The position numbers and the translations under genes are program-made. A stretch of 64,000 nt of DNA from NCBI RefSeq assembly GCF_041956535.1, contig NW_027192191.1:659328-723327 (forward strand), written 5' to 3'. Below are positions 1 through 12,943 of the stretch, in pieces (within the stretch, counting starts at the first letter, position 1; each line of letters opens with the position of its first letter). Source of the stretch: Calcarisporiella thermophila CBS 279.70. Lineage: Eukaryota > Fungi > Calcarisporiellomycota. The notes below the pieces were generated by a model that ran no database searches, had not been told where the DNA came from, and worked only from the letters and a program-made list of their open reading frames with translations.

Positions 1-293
1 TATCGCTCGAACTGCAGGGTGGCTAGTAGTAGCGGCTGTCATATTATTTGGAGCTCGAGATAGAATAGGTTTTAAATAACACATGGCTACAGTGTTATAA
101 TTTACATGTTGATCGTTTATTGTGGTTGCAAAAAGCAACCCTAATCATGCATTTTTCTTTAAAAGTTCAATTAGAAATTATATAGAGTATGATTTAAGCT
201 ATTAAGGTTTTTTGTGGCTCAACAATTTACGCAAACCTTCCATCAAAGCGCTTTAACAATATTTCTGATGTAACAGCATCAATTAAAGAACAT

Positions 294-2210
294 ATGCAAA
301 GCAGACAACCCCATATTAGTCGCCAGCTTGAAGCACTTTCTCTAGATGTGAATAGGCTAGAAGAAGGATTAAATCATCTGAAATTTTTAGCATTTAATTC
401 TGCACCGTCGGGCGATTTAGCGAGCGTAAGAGATTTAGACAGTAACACCAACTCTTCTCTCTCAAACATTGAATCTGAATCGGTGTCAAAACGCACTCAA
501 AAGCATTGTATCGATCGGAACTCCCTCTTCACTGGAGAGAATCTACACTTTCAGTTAAAATTGAGGACTGCAGACGAACTTCGTCGTCTCCTCAGTGCTC
601 ATTTTGCATTCGACAGAAATTCACATCTCTCAGTCCCTTTTCTCGATTTTTCCAAGGATCAAGCGCGAGCCAAATCATTTCGCCCATGTACCTTTTTGAA
701 CTGGCAATCCCCGGAGCTCCTCCAAGACGATTCACTATACCCCTCTCCCAATCGAGGTTTCGCCATCAATCGCAAACTTAAAGACTATATTTTCCACACC
801 TACTTCAGCAACTGTTCCGGATACTTTGTTTATCCAGATAAGCCAGCTTTTCTTGAAAGCTATTATCGTGGAGAAATCGAACCAACATTACTGCACACAG
901 CCATTGCCGATACGGCTCTTCATCTGCTGATGTTTCATGAAGAGTGTCCAATGTTTAGTCAGATTAATAGTATGATCGGGGGGCTGTTATATTATGCGCA
1001 GCGACTTTTAGAGGATGCATTTGACTCCCCTACAATTCAGACTACACTTGCATTTTTGTATATGGAAAATTGTATGAGAAAGCTTTCCCGGTTTGATGAC
1101 TCGTACACGTATCATAAACAGGCAGTTCTTATGGCACTGGCATTGAGATTGGATCGAGATAATCCAAAGGAGCGTGATCGTGTACAGATAGAATTTCGGA
1201 GAAGAGTATGGTTAGTATGGAATGGTTGATGCGTGCTTGTTTTTGACTAGGGGATAGGCTAACTAGAACATATAGGTGTTTACTTTGCGGAAATGAATTG
1301 AAGCTTGCAGGAGTATATGGGAAACCTTGGTTGCTCGATTTGGAGATTATCCACAACTCGCTCGACGCAATTGCAGCTCCAAGTGACGACGATGCCGATA
1401 GAATGTATCTGGTAAGCAATTTCCCATTGTGATTTTTGGCCATTTTAATGTTACAGGTGTGATAATATAGACATGGCTAAAATCAGAAGCAGAGTTTCAC
1501 TACAAGCTCGCGAAATTCTCAGATTTCGACTGGACACAGCAGGACTACTTAATTACGCAGCATCTCATTAGTGTTGCTGCATTTCTGCAACAGAATATTA
1601 GACAGGTGTTTAATATCATTAGCAGGGAGGATATCCATGCCCGGCGAACGATTGGATTGTGCGTTAGGCAGACTTTCTGGGTCGATTGGTGCCATATGTG
1701 GATGCAATTTATCGAGTCAGACGCACCTCCACGGAGAATGGAGACTGAGTTCATGCAGCAGCTGAGAGGCAAGGCCTTTGAAGAGTTTCTAAGGGTAATT
1801 CTCCCTTCATCTGTAATCTCAATGCGCAACTGGACTAGAAAAATTTATGTTGAATATTGCTGTTCCACTAGGGATTGTACAACATAACCTTGTGTTGGCA
1901 AGATGCCATCCGGCTCCAAAATTGGTGCAAGGTATACACGCCTAGTTATATCTTTTGCCATCTATTCAAATTTATTGCACGAACACATCCAAGTCACACC
2001 GCGCGACGATATATTTACGCACAGTTGTCACAAATATACCAGCACATGAAATCTGTTCTGAGGCCCTCGTGCATTGCTGTACAAGTACAGATGACAGACG
2101 TAGCAAATGCTCTCGAGGAGATGCGCCCAATAGTTTTTACTAAAGAAGAGCTGAGAGCTACGAGGTTTAGGCCGATTGCGATAAGAAAGCGGCTCGAACC
2201 ATTAAACTAG
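294..2210 (+). CDS. Fungal-specific transcription factor domain (Fungal_trans/MHR) protein, spliced; the N-terminus may extend upstream
   Basis: Typical motif 'AVLMALALRLDR...IEFRRRVW'. Exons join in frame via GT-AG introns at about 1211-1276, 1412-1470 and 1795-1870. No Zn2Cys6 cluster is seen in the window. Confidence 0.75.
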
Positions 2211-2630
2211 TCATCCCGGCAAGGCATTGTGCCATTCAAGTCTCTCTTAGTACTCAAAAGGCCTGTTTATTATAACTTGTTTTATTTGAAAGACTGTAAA
2301 TGTGTATTTAAACATAATTTTTCAAGGACATCAGCGTTCAAATCGATTCAAGCCCGAAGAGGGTACCTTTAAGAAAAATAACCTTGAATAGTGTGAAAGG
2401 ATGTCGGTGTATAGCATTTTTCATAGGCAGGAAAAAATCGCCTTGAGCCATCTTTTCTTTCCTCAAATAGCTCATTTTTCATAACCGATGTAGTCGGAGG
2501 TTTCAAATAAAGTTTTGCTAATTGGAGCTGTGCTCTCTTGTTATGTATCCAAAAGAATTCAACAGGAAGCATTGGATGACATTAGTCTCGCATCTCTTAC
2601 TATAACCATAGCGCATGGTGAACGCATGCC

Positions 2631-2915
2631 TTGTTAGGTCTCATCAATGAAAGTCATATTTTCCGTATCTGCATTTATCAAATGAGGCGTTTAACGAGCA
2701 GATGCATTCTGTTTCGACCATTTTTATTAAACCACGTGGAGTTTCCAATGAAGAAGCAGATAAGGAATTCAGTTGGAGAAAAAAGGAGATACGTGGATGC
2801 GTATTGGAGAGCATCGATTTCGAACCAGGCACGGTGTAGAATCAATTTACCCAGTCATCTCTTCTGTCAAATGTACAAGTTTATAGCGAGAACACACCCA
2901 AATCATTTAAGTTGA
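2631..2915 (+). pseudogene. Degenerate fragment paralogous to the C-terminus of the upstream transcription factor
   Basis: RCRINLPSHLFCQMYKFIARTHPNH aligns with WCKVYTPSYIFCHLFKFIARTHPSH (ORF 1875-2210). It is truncated by a stop and has no intact gene structure. Confidence 0.7.
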
Positions 2916-3161
2916 GAGCGACTCGAAGCCGAACAACTTTTGCTTTATAAATTTCATGGCAAAAGAAACAAAGTTATCAGTACATCGTACAAGAACAGAA
3001 ATCCTTTACAACAATGCAGAGGAAAACAAAAGCTAAAAAAAATTATAAAAGCCGAATCGCTTGCTTGAAATGTCATAAAATCTATTTAAAATAGGCCCTC
3101 GCAAAAGAAAAGTAGGGGGTATAACTAAGCATAGCCAAGCAGTGAGAATTAGAAAGAAGAA

Positions 3162-6100
3162 TTAAGACGTTATAGAGATAAAACAGATTTCAGTATGATT
3201 TGTCTTCTGGCGTGGGTGGTAGGGTGTCCACGTCTGGGTTTTGACCCCACCGCCGGATGACTTCAAGGATTTTGGTTTGGTTCACTATATCAGGCCACAA
3301 TGATTAGCACACCTGGTATAAAGTTAGTCGATAAGACAAGGAGCATTCCTAACCTGGCTTGTGAAGACAATCCTGCATTCCAGCCTCTAAACAAGTTTGC
3401 TTGGTAGAGCTTTGGACATCTAGCAGCACGCATAATGGAGCTGGGGTTAGTGACAAGCATATCCTCGTCAAAATACTCGAAGCCTTACCAGCCGTCAAAG
3501 CAATAATCGGGACATGCCGCATGCGGGCATTGGAGTACTCCCATTTTCTTATTGCTCTCGCCGCCTCGAACCCATCGAGGTGGGGCATATGGCAGTCCAT
3601 GAGGATTACGGAGATATCGCTTGCCGACCTAAAAAGTGAAGTCAAGCCACAGGTTAATCCATGCATTGATGAGCTAGCCAGAGGGGCCTGGGGCTAAAGC
3701 AAAGCTGCCAAATCTACCTTTGGAACATTTTCACGGCTTCCTCACCGTCATTTGCAAGCAGAATCTTCTCAAACCCATACTTGTGGAGTTGTCGAACCAC
3801 AACTTTCTGCGCTATCGGATTGTCCTCAGCCACCAACACGGTGATGTTGGTGATGTGGGCTAGCTTTTCACTTTTACTCATGCTCTCTTCGAGTCTGAAA
3901 GTGCCCGCATTCTCGGTGTTTGCCGAAGAAGGCAACGCCTTTCGATCATACCCGGATGTCGGGTGGTCAATGTGTGAAAGAGTGGCCAGCTGAGAGGTCA
4001 TGTAGACGGCAGCCATAGCTTCATGCCGCTCCTTTTCTTTCTCCGGGCTCTTGGGATGAAAATTAAGCACCTCTAGGCCCTCTGTCAGTGTGCGCACACG
4101 AGATGCCATCAAGTCCAGGATCAACTGCCGCAGTTTGAATTCCATGGGTGGTCGCTTGATCCGTGTTGCTGTCATCCGATTACCGATGAGCCGCTCGATA
4201 GCCCGGAAATCCTCCAGTTGGCGACACCGCTTTCGCTTCATAGTGTAGGAGCGGGACATGAATAGCAAGCGTATCCGATAGAATCTCGGCTCCTTGACAA
4301 GCTCCTCGACAAGCCGGTGCATTTCCTCAAAGACATTGTAGTCAAGGATCAGTATATGGGGGAGGGCCTCATCGCTCGCCGCTCGGAGAGTTTCTAAGAG
4401 CTTCTGCGTGCTCTCCGGAACATCAAGAGTGAGAGGGAAGAGTTTAGCTTGGTACATGGCGACCTTATTTTGACTTTCTGCCAGCAGCATCACCCGAACC
4501 GGCGGCAAATCTATCATTGGCACTTCAAGGTTGCTATTTTCGGCAATTTCAAGCTTAACCGTGAACCAGAACAAACTTCCTTTGCCCTTGCTGCTCCGCA
4601 CCCCAATATCTCCTTGCATAAGCTGAGTCAGCTCGCGACAAATGCTCAGGCCCAACCCCGTGCCTCCATACATGCGGGTGGTGGAGCCGTCCACCTGTGA
4701 GAATGGTCGGAAGAGGTTCAGCTGCTCCTCGTGAGACATTCCAATGCCCGTGTCTTGGATCTCAAACTTCACAACAATGTGCTTCGAGTCCTTCTCCATC
4801 GGGATGCATCGCACGAAGACCTCCCCGTTATGGGTAAATTTGATCCCATTGCCGACCAAGTTCATGAGGATTTGGCGGAGCCGACCCACGTCACCAATGA
4901 GCACCCGGGGCAACAGTGCGTCCACAAAGCAATTTAGCTCGACATCTTTGTCGTGAGCTAATGAGGAAAGCAGATGGCACACATCGCCCAGTAGTGACAC
5001 AGTCGAGAATGCCGTGTACTCGAGCTTCACCTTCTTGGCCTCCAACTTGCTGTAGTCTAGCAGCGAATCGATAATTCGTAGCAACATGTGGCAAGACTGC
5101 TGACATGTATCGACATACTCGCGCTGGATAGGATCCAGTATGGTGTCGGCCAGCAAATTCACCATGCCCAATACGCCGCTGAAGGGGGTCCTTAGTTCGT
5201 GGCTCATATTAGCCAAGAACTGGCTCTTCATTCTCATGGATTCCAACGCGGCTTCTCGAGTTCTGATCAGCTCCTCGACCATGTTCTTACGATCGGTAAT
5301 ATCCATCACGAAGCCCATCACGTTATGCAGGCTCCCCTCTTCGCTGTTGGGTATTCGCGCCAGCCCGGCCTGAACCCAGACCTTTTTCCCATTAGGCATG
5401 AGGCAGCACTTCTCGTAGGGATTGCATTCGCCCGACCTCTCCATCTCCTTGATGGCATGAATATCGAGCTCGCGATGCTCAGGAATGGTATGGTTTTGCC
5501 ACAGGACTGGGTAATTGTTGATAAGTTCTTCCCTTTTGAGCCCGGTGAGCTTGAAATAGGTTTCATTTGCTTCGTAAATGCTTCCATTTCTATTCGCAAA
5601 GAAGATGCCAGCCAGATTACTCTCGAAGAGCCGACGGAATCGGGATTCGGACTTGATGAGTCTCCCGTAAATTTCCTTGTCTTCCCGGGCCTTCTTTTGG
5701 TCCTCTACATCGGTGCAAGTTCCGATCCAGTGAACAACGCTTTCATCGGCGCTATCAAATATGGGCATGACCCGATAGATATGCCAGCGGTAGATTCCGT
5801 CCTTTCGCTTAATCCTTAGCTCGGTGGTCATGATATTGTAGGCGAGAGAAGGTTCTTTCCAATACTCCAAGAGGCTCTTATGGTCATCGGGGTGGAACAG
5901 AGGTATCCAATTCCAGTCGAGGATTTCCTCTGGCTTCACGCCTGCGTATGTCTCCCACTGTGCATTAGCAAAGGTGAATTTTCCATCCGGGGACGCGGTG
6001 AATACGAGCTGGGGCATAAGCTCGAGCAAAGCACGATATTTTTGCTCCTTACGCTCTGCTTCAGCGCGCGCCACCTGCTCACGCTTCAACATTTCGCTCT

Positions 6101-9100
6101 TGGCCACCGTGGCTTCCTGCAGGGAGACAACAAGTCTGGCGTTCAAGATGGAGATGGCCACCTGGTTGCACAGTATCTCCAACACCTCGATGTGGCGAAT
6201 GGTGAATGCACCGCTATTGCTGGAGTTTTCAAGGTAAAGACAGCCATATATCTCGTTATTATGAAAAATAGGCATGCAGATAACACTCTTGACCCGATTG
6301 GAGATAATGTAAGGGTCTCGTGATATGTTCGGTTCTTTGTATGCATTGGCCGAGCGGAAGGGCAAGAACGTGCGCACCACAAGGCTTGCAATACTTCGTG
6401 GGAAATCACTCGTATTCTCATCGTTCCTCAGGGTATAGCCGCCCGACGCCGACCACTCACTCTTCAAGAAGAGTCTACTGTTCTGCTTGAAAATCATTTT
6501 ACAGAGGGTTGCGCCTGCGTTCTCCGCGGCGATTTGCAACATAGCAGGAATAACAGAGTCCAGCTCGGTCATTTCGCTCATGACCTGGACAGCACGGATC
6601 ACCGAGAAGAAATCAACTTCATCGGTCGAGCCGGCCGTTTCAAAGTGGGTCGAAGAGGTATGGGATAGCGCGGCCTCTCGGTTCGGGCGGTAGAGGAGAT
6701 GTCGGCGCTCTTCGTGGCTCGAGCTGGACCGTAAATCGTTCGGGGTGCGGGAGCTAGCATTCTCGATAGAGTTGGTAGGAAAAGTTGCAGGCAACATGTG
6801 CATCGACGGATAAACCAAATTGGGGTACGCCTCGACAACTTGGCTGATCTTGTTCTTGGCGCCCCATTCCACGTAGAGTTGCAGAGCACTGTTCATAAAT
6901 GAAGAGGCAAAAGCCATTTGGTCATGCGTATAGTGGTGCAATGCCGTCCGTTCAAGTGCAAGAGCCTTGTAAATCAAAACCTGCTGGCGACGCGAAAGAT
7001 CTGTTGCTCGGCTATAGAGCTGTAGGGCTAGGTCAGAGTTTCCTTCCAAGGATGCAATTTCCGCTTCAACCAGGATGGCGTTATCAATGAAGTGAGATGC
7101 CTCCTTTTCGATGAGGGGCTGCAGGAGTGCAAACAGATTCTTGAGCTCCGTCAATAGTGAGTGATATTCGCTCGAATCTTGAAGACCCTGGCTCAGTTTT
7201 TTCCGCAATACACCAGAGAGTGCTAGTGCGTGCATGATCAAAACTCGCATTGCAAGGTAGCTACCGGTGGCTGAGTGAAGTTTGCCATACTCCCTCCCAA
7301 CCGCGATGGCCACTTCATAGTGACCAAGGGTGGTCAGAGTAACCAATTTGTAGGCGTAGTAGGTCACGAGGCGTGTTAGAGGGACAGAGGTTTCCGTGAT
7401 CTGGGACAAATTGCAAGACTTTTGGAATTCCCTCCCATCGAAATCTGCAGATCCATTTTTCATCGTTTCTCCCATTAGGCCGCGTACAGACTGTCGAAGC
7501 GTACAGTAGAGGAACGCATGCGGAAGTACTCCGTGTTGGTGCTCAAGCAGGGAAACACACTTCTTCACCTCATCCAACACTTCTTCCAACGAAATTCGCA
7601 TGCAAAACTTTTGTTGGCATAGTATAATTCCACAAAGACCGCAAGTGGACGGGTCACCACTTCGTAAACTAAGCTCAAAAGCCTCCTGCAGCTTTGCATA
7701 TATTTCGGTCTGTGAATAGCGCATGATGCCCATAGCAGAGTAAAAGAAGCTCATCGCCTTTGCCCGGATTTTATTGCTAGGCTCTAGAGCCGGGATAAGG
7801 GATTCAACTGCGTACTCTCCAATGCGGTAGGCATTGGCATTGTTATGGAGAAGTCCATATCGAAGACAGCATATCGACAGACAAACTAGAGGTGATATGA
7901 TGCTCTCGTTGATCTCACCGGCAGTGAGCGATAAAAGAATTGCTTTACAGTTGACCACAGCAAAGAAAAGTCTATATTGATTAATTTTGGAAATACATTA
8001 GGGCATTATGACAAAATATGGGTATCAATTTTGCACTTACGGATCATGCGTATAAGACATATCTGAGCACACTTCAAAGAGCTTCATGAGTGCAAGCGTT
8101 CTCCTATCAGTCATTCTAGGGAGGTTTGCGATGTTTTCGAGCCCGATACCGTCTAACTTCATGATGATCATGGTGATCATAGGAAAAACTATTGAGAGGG
8201 AGAGAAGGTAGGGAAAAGGAGATCGGTTAATAGGAGCTTAAATAATCGAAGTAAATCGCTGTTATTGATTGCCTCTCCATACCTATTTCCAGAGTTGGAA
8301 ATAAAGGAATAGGATCTTCACCGAAATCGCTCATTGCTTCGTTAAAGCAGTGAGCGGCCTCGAGAGTTCTATCCGTTGTACTGTAAATAAGCACTCGGAG
8401 TATGTAGAGTTCGGCTCTTGCAACAATATCCTCGGCATGCTTGAGCAGCTCCTGAGTAAGATCAAGCGCGTGTGTGTGATTTCCAACCACAAACTCGCAC
8501 TCGGCAATCAGCCGCTTGATCTCCAGTGACTCTTCTCTTACATTTGGGTCCCACGGATTGTCTGGGAGCAATGATTCGGCCGTGCGAAGGTAATCGATTG
8601 CATTCACCACCTCCACATCAACCTGGAACGCACGACGACCAGCCAAAAGATTAAGCTCACGCAATCGTTCCTGAGACGCATACTGGGTGACCCCTTCGCC
8701 CAAGGGAATCGCCTTATTAAGCTGTTGCACCACATCGTAGAGCTGTGCGCGGTCGTCCTGCAACCACTCAAGCAGCTTGGCGCCTATTCTGCCATGCATA
8801 TGCATGCGTTCTTCGGGCTCCATTAGAGAGTAGACCGCGGCCTGGATGCGATCATGATAGAAACGCCAGAAGATCAATGTGTCGCACGGACGATTCACCG
8901 GGTCAGGGCAGTCACCACCAGTGCTATCCATGGTGGTGATGAGACCCTCGCGCACTGCAACGTTGAGCGAATGGATAACATTGACTCTTGCAGGCATAAT
9001 CTCCTCGATCAGCTCGGTGGAGAATGTGCTACCTATACAGGCCGCTGCTTTGACCAACTCGAGAGTAGGTTCCGGAACAACCACCAATTTATCTGCCAGA

Positions 9101-11509
9101 AACTCGGGATCCATGGGGCCGGTGCCTTTGGACTCCACTTCCGCGGGTTTCCACTCAAATCGACGCGTTGTCCAGTTGAACTCGATAAGTCGCTCGCGGT
9201 ATAAACTAGACAGAAACTGCACAATAAAAAAGGGTATACCAAATGTTTTACGCTGGACAATAGTGGCGAGTTCGGTGACTTCTGGGGAGGAACTGGGGAG
9301 ACGCACTGTATCCGCGATAAGGTGGCGTATTGCTTGAAGATCGAGAGCCCCGACGTGAATGTTGTTCACTCGGAAATTTGACTCGAAAATAGCAGGGGAG
9401 AGTTGGATGGATATATTGGAGCGATGCGCAAAAATGATAAGAGTTCGGCGGCCTTTGGCCGTCATCATAGGCGGGGGGGCTGCGAATGGCCGATTACTCG
9501 AGACAATTCCCATGACTTCTTTAGAACCAGGATCAGCCCTAAAATCAAAGATATAGAGCAAAAGAAAAGAGAATTTATATATATGAGTTGGATATTTTTT
9601 GGGGCGCAAAATAAACTCTACCATTGGGCATCGTCAAAAAAAAGGGTTAGCGTTTTCACCTTTGAGATACTGTAAGTGAAAACTTTAATACATCGCAATA
9701 GACGACGCTGGGCTTCATTGACTGGCAAACTCTCTGGTTCAGGCCAATCACTCCCGATCAACATCTCGAGTTCTAAAGGTTTCAGAGTTGAATATCAATA
9801 AAGGGACAGAAATTGTAAGCCATGGAAAATAGGAAAGCCCCACCTGGGAGAACTTCGATGAGAACTCGGCCGTCATTTTGCAGGTGCTCGCACATGACCT
9901 CCCTCACCTCATTGACAACCTCATCGGTATCGGAAAGCACCTGGTGGAGCAGATTTTTGAAGCAGTCGAGGACGGCAGCATAGGGTCTGACGGAGTGCTT
10001 CTCGAACTTTCCCGAAGAGAAATAACCCAGCATTTGAGCTTTTGGTTGGAGTCCGCGAACCAGGGCTGACTTTCCCATTCCTTAATTAACAAAAAAACAA
10101 AAAGCTTTATCATAAGACAAAGTCACTAGGAAGTAATCCGTAAAAGGTCTACAACCTGCTGTTCCCTCCAAAATGACAAGCTCCGAGTTGTTGTTGTTGT
10201 GTACTCGATTCAAAATTTCTTCAAGTGCTCTTAACTCTTTCTTTCGACCATAAACCTTGGTTGGGATGCGAAATATGGAGGATGAGTCGTGAGTTCCAAG
10301 CTCGAGCTCGAAATTAAGATTGTTCGGATCTTCCTGTATCCTCTTCTGGCACAGGCGGAGATCATAGAGCACGCCATGAGCACTTTGGTATCTATATATG
10401 AATCAAATAACATTAGAAAAAACAGAGACAGCAATAGAGCAAACGACAATCTTGGGTTATGCATCGAATGAAGATTACCGATCGGAGCACGACTTTTTAA
10501 GGAGCTTCTGGATGATGCGGTCTAGGATTGGGGGGGCTTCTGGCCGTTTCGAGAGGATGGACGGAGGATTCTTTGCAAGGTGCATATGAAGGATCTCCAT
10601 TTTGCTTGACGAAGTGAATGGCACCTCGCCTGTGAGGGTTTGATAGAGCGTAATACCGAGCGAATATAGATCCGTCCGGTGATCTACTAGGGCATCCGTT
10701 CGACCCGTCTAATGGAGCATTACAGTTAAGTTAACTTACTCTTTTTCAAATCAAGGGCAAGCACAGACCTGCTCCGGAGACACATATTCTATTCTGGATT
10801 CAATGTCCAAGAATGCGCTGCCGCTACACACTGCGGCTTCAATGGACCAACGCATTGAACGACCTAGATCACGCGATCAAGATGAATCAGGTGAGTCATC
10901 AAAGGGACAAGTCGAAAGCTACTCACTGAAATTGAATATTAGCACTCTCTTCGTTTCCGGATCATATAAAATGTTCATAGGTTGGATATTGCAGTGCATG
11001 ACATTTTTCTGATGGATCCAATCGATCGCTTCGCAAAGGTGGATGGCAAAGGTGAAAAATGTGTCTAATGCTAGCCCATTTTGTGGTATGACCTTGTGCA
11101 GCGGAATACTTTGAGGGGGACTTTGTAGTATTACCAGGGAATGATGGTTATCGTCACAGATTAGCTTTACTGGGACCGGAATTGATTCATTATTCGTTCC
11201 GCAATTAAAGAGATTATACATAAACGCGAACTGGCGCTGCTCGCGATAGGTGTCGCCGCGATTTTGATTCTTTTCCTTCACCAGAATATACGACTTCTTA
11301 TCTTCCTTGTTCACTCCCTTCATGATTTGAATGTTGGGAGCGGGCGTCTCCCAAATCTCCTCGACAATATAGGCATCGATCACATCCTCCACCGATGAAA
11401 TATTTTCAACGGGTGCATCGTTTTTGATTATACGCAGAGGCTGGATGTCAACAATGTTGGCAAAGTCTTCGTCGGATTCGAAAAGGCGATCCTCGATTTC
11501 GCCATTCAT
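3162..11509 (-). CDS. Hybrid histidine kinase, group X/Chk1-like: S/T-kinase-like, AAA ATPase, helical region, GAF, 2x PAS, HisKA, HATPase, 2x receiver
   Basis: H-box FLANMSHELRTP; N-box RLRQILMNLVGNGIKFT; G boxes DTGIGM and YGGTGLGLSI; REC VAEDN...ILMDCHMPHLDGFEA...KP; Walker A GTAG|MGKS across an intron; GAF GCLYLEN. The last exon is approximate. Confidence 0.93.
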
Positions 11510-12943
11510 GACTTGAGTATATAAAATCTTACAACCTCAGCAGGGAAATATTATCAATGGCAAATAATCAACTACAATTCAAATCCACATACAGGTTCCC
11601 AAATCTACATCAAACATGCAACGAAGAAAACAAAATGACCGGTCAGTAGACTGAAGACTGAAAAATAAAAAAAGTATATGAAGCGAGTCTCAGGAGTTTA
11701 ACGGAGGAGATCCCGTTCACTCGAATTAGATCTGATTGGCTGCCTTAGTTCAAAACCTCTACTGTCCAAATGCCCGATGGAATAGGGCGAGAAAGGGCCT
11801 GCGTATATCTCCCAGCATTGAATCCCTTATTGAGCCTTAATCACGCAGTGACAACAAATAAGTCGCGCCATGTCCCCGTCGCAACACTAGCGGGGAGCCT
11901 TGGACGGCAAGACTTTGTCCGGCCAAGCTGTTCCGAGCCTCTCATTATTCCGAAGAGACGGATTAGTAAGTCATGATGTTGGGGCCGAGAGCATAAGATG
12001 AAGCAGATACGGTGGAGGTCCATGGCCATCTTCTCAAAGCCCTCTTTCAGAAAGGGTACAAGTTGTCCCTCCTCCCCTTCATTTTTTGCACTATGGTAGC
12101 TGGAAGTGTGGATATGCATGTCTGATCATGCAGTGGGTTACTAATGTAATGAATACGAAAACAATGGCGGCGCGTAGACTTGATTCCAAAACATGACATG
12201 CCCGATTCTATTCACCAGGTTTGGCTGCAGCATTCAACCCAGCTGAGATGTGCCAGTGTGGCAATGTGTCAATCGGGAACAATTCTTCCAATTTGATTCC
12301 CATAAACCACGTAATGAAACGGTTCTAGTTCCACCAGCAGAGTCCAATGGTGGCTTGGTTGAGTGAGCCCAAACAATTGTCTTTCCATCTCAGCCAATGA
12401 GTTACTTTCATTCAAGCTGATCCGACCGCTTCGAATTTTGGTAAATCCTGGTTCGGCATATCCGGCCACTTGGCCGCGTTTTTAAGCACCTATCCACGTA
12501 GATTGGCCCAGCTTTAGCTCAGCGTAATTTATTCTATTTATCACGAACGCATTAGTAATGTCCTGCTCTAGAGAGTGCTCAAAATCGGCTGAACACGAAC
12601 GAGCGTCTCTGATTTATCATTTCAACTGAACTGACTAGGCTTCGAATCCAAGGCGGGGGTGTCGAATGCTGGGGTGTGCGGGGGAAAGGCTGATATCGCT
12701 TCGAATCAAGTTTTTTTAGAGAAACTCTAAGACAGTGCTGATTTAGAGCACTTTAATCCTGTTCCCATAGCGACGATTAATACACAATAATAGCTTCAAT
12801 AGAGAGGTTTATTATATGAAACAATTTTATCTTTATTTTTTTTTTTACTCTTTACAAAATTTAATAGTCTTGCTAAATCCATCCGATTCCTCGACGCATT
12901 ATCGTTCGTCATTATACACGGAGAAATATAATAAATTCAGATC

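Noticed and set aside
3781-9675. Many antisense and alternative-frame ORFs over the histidine kinase
   Set aside because: These are shadow ORFs of a long coding region and have no independent features.
12505-12710. tRNA-like A-box (TAGCTCAG) and B-box-like (GCTTCGAATCC) strings
   Set aside because: I could not build a cloverleaf or acceptor stem, and the spacing does not fit a tRNA.
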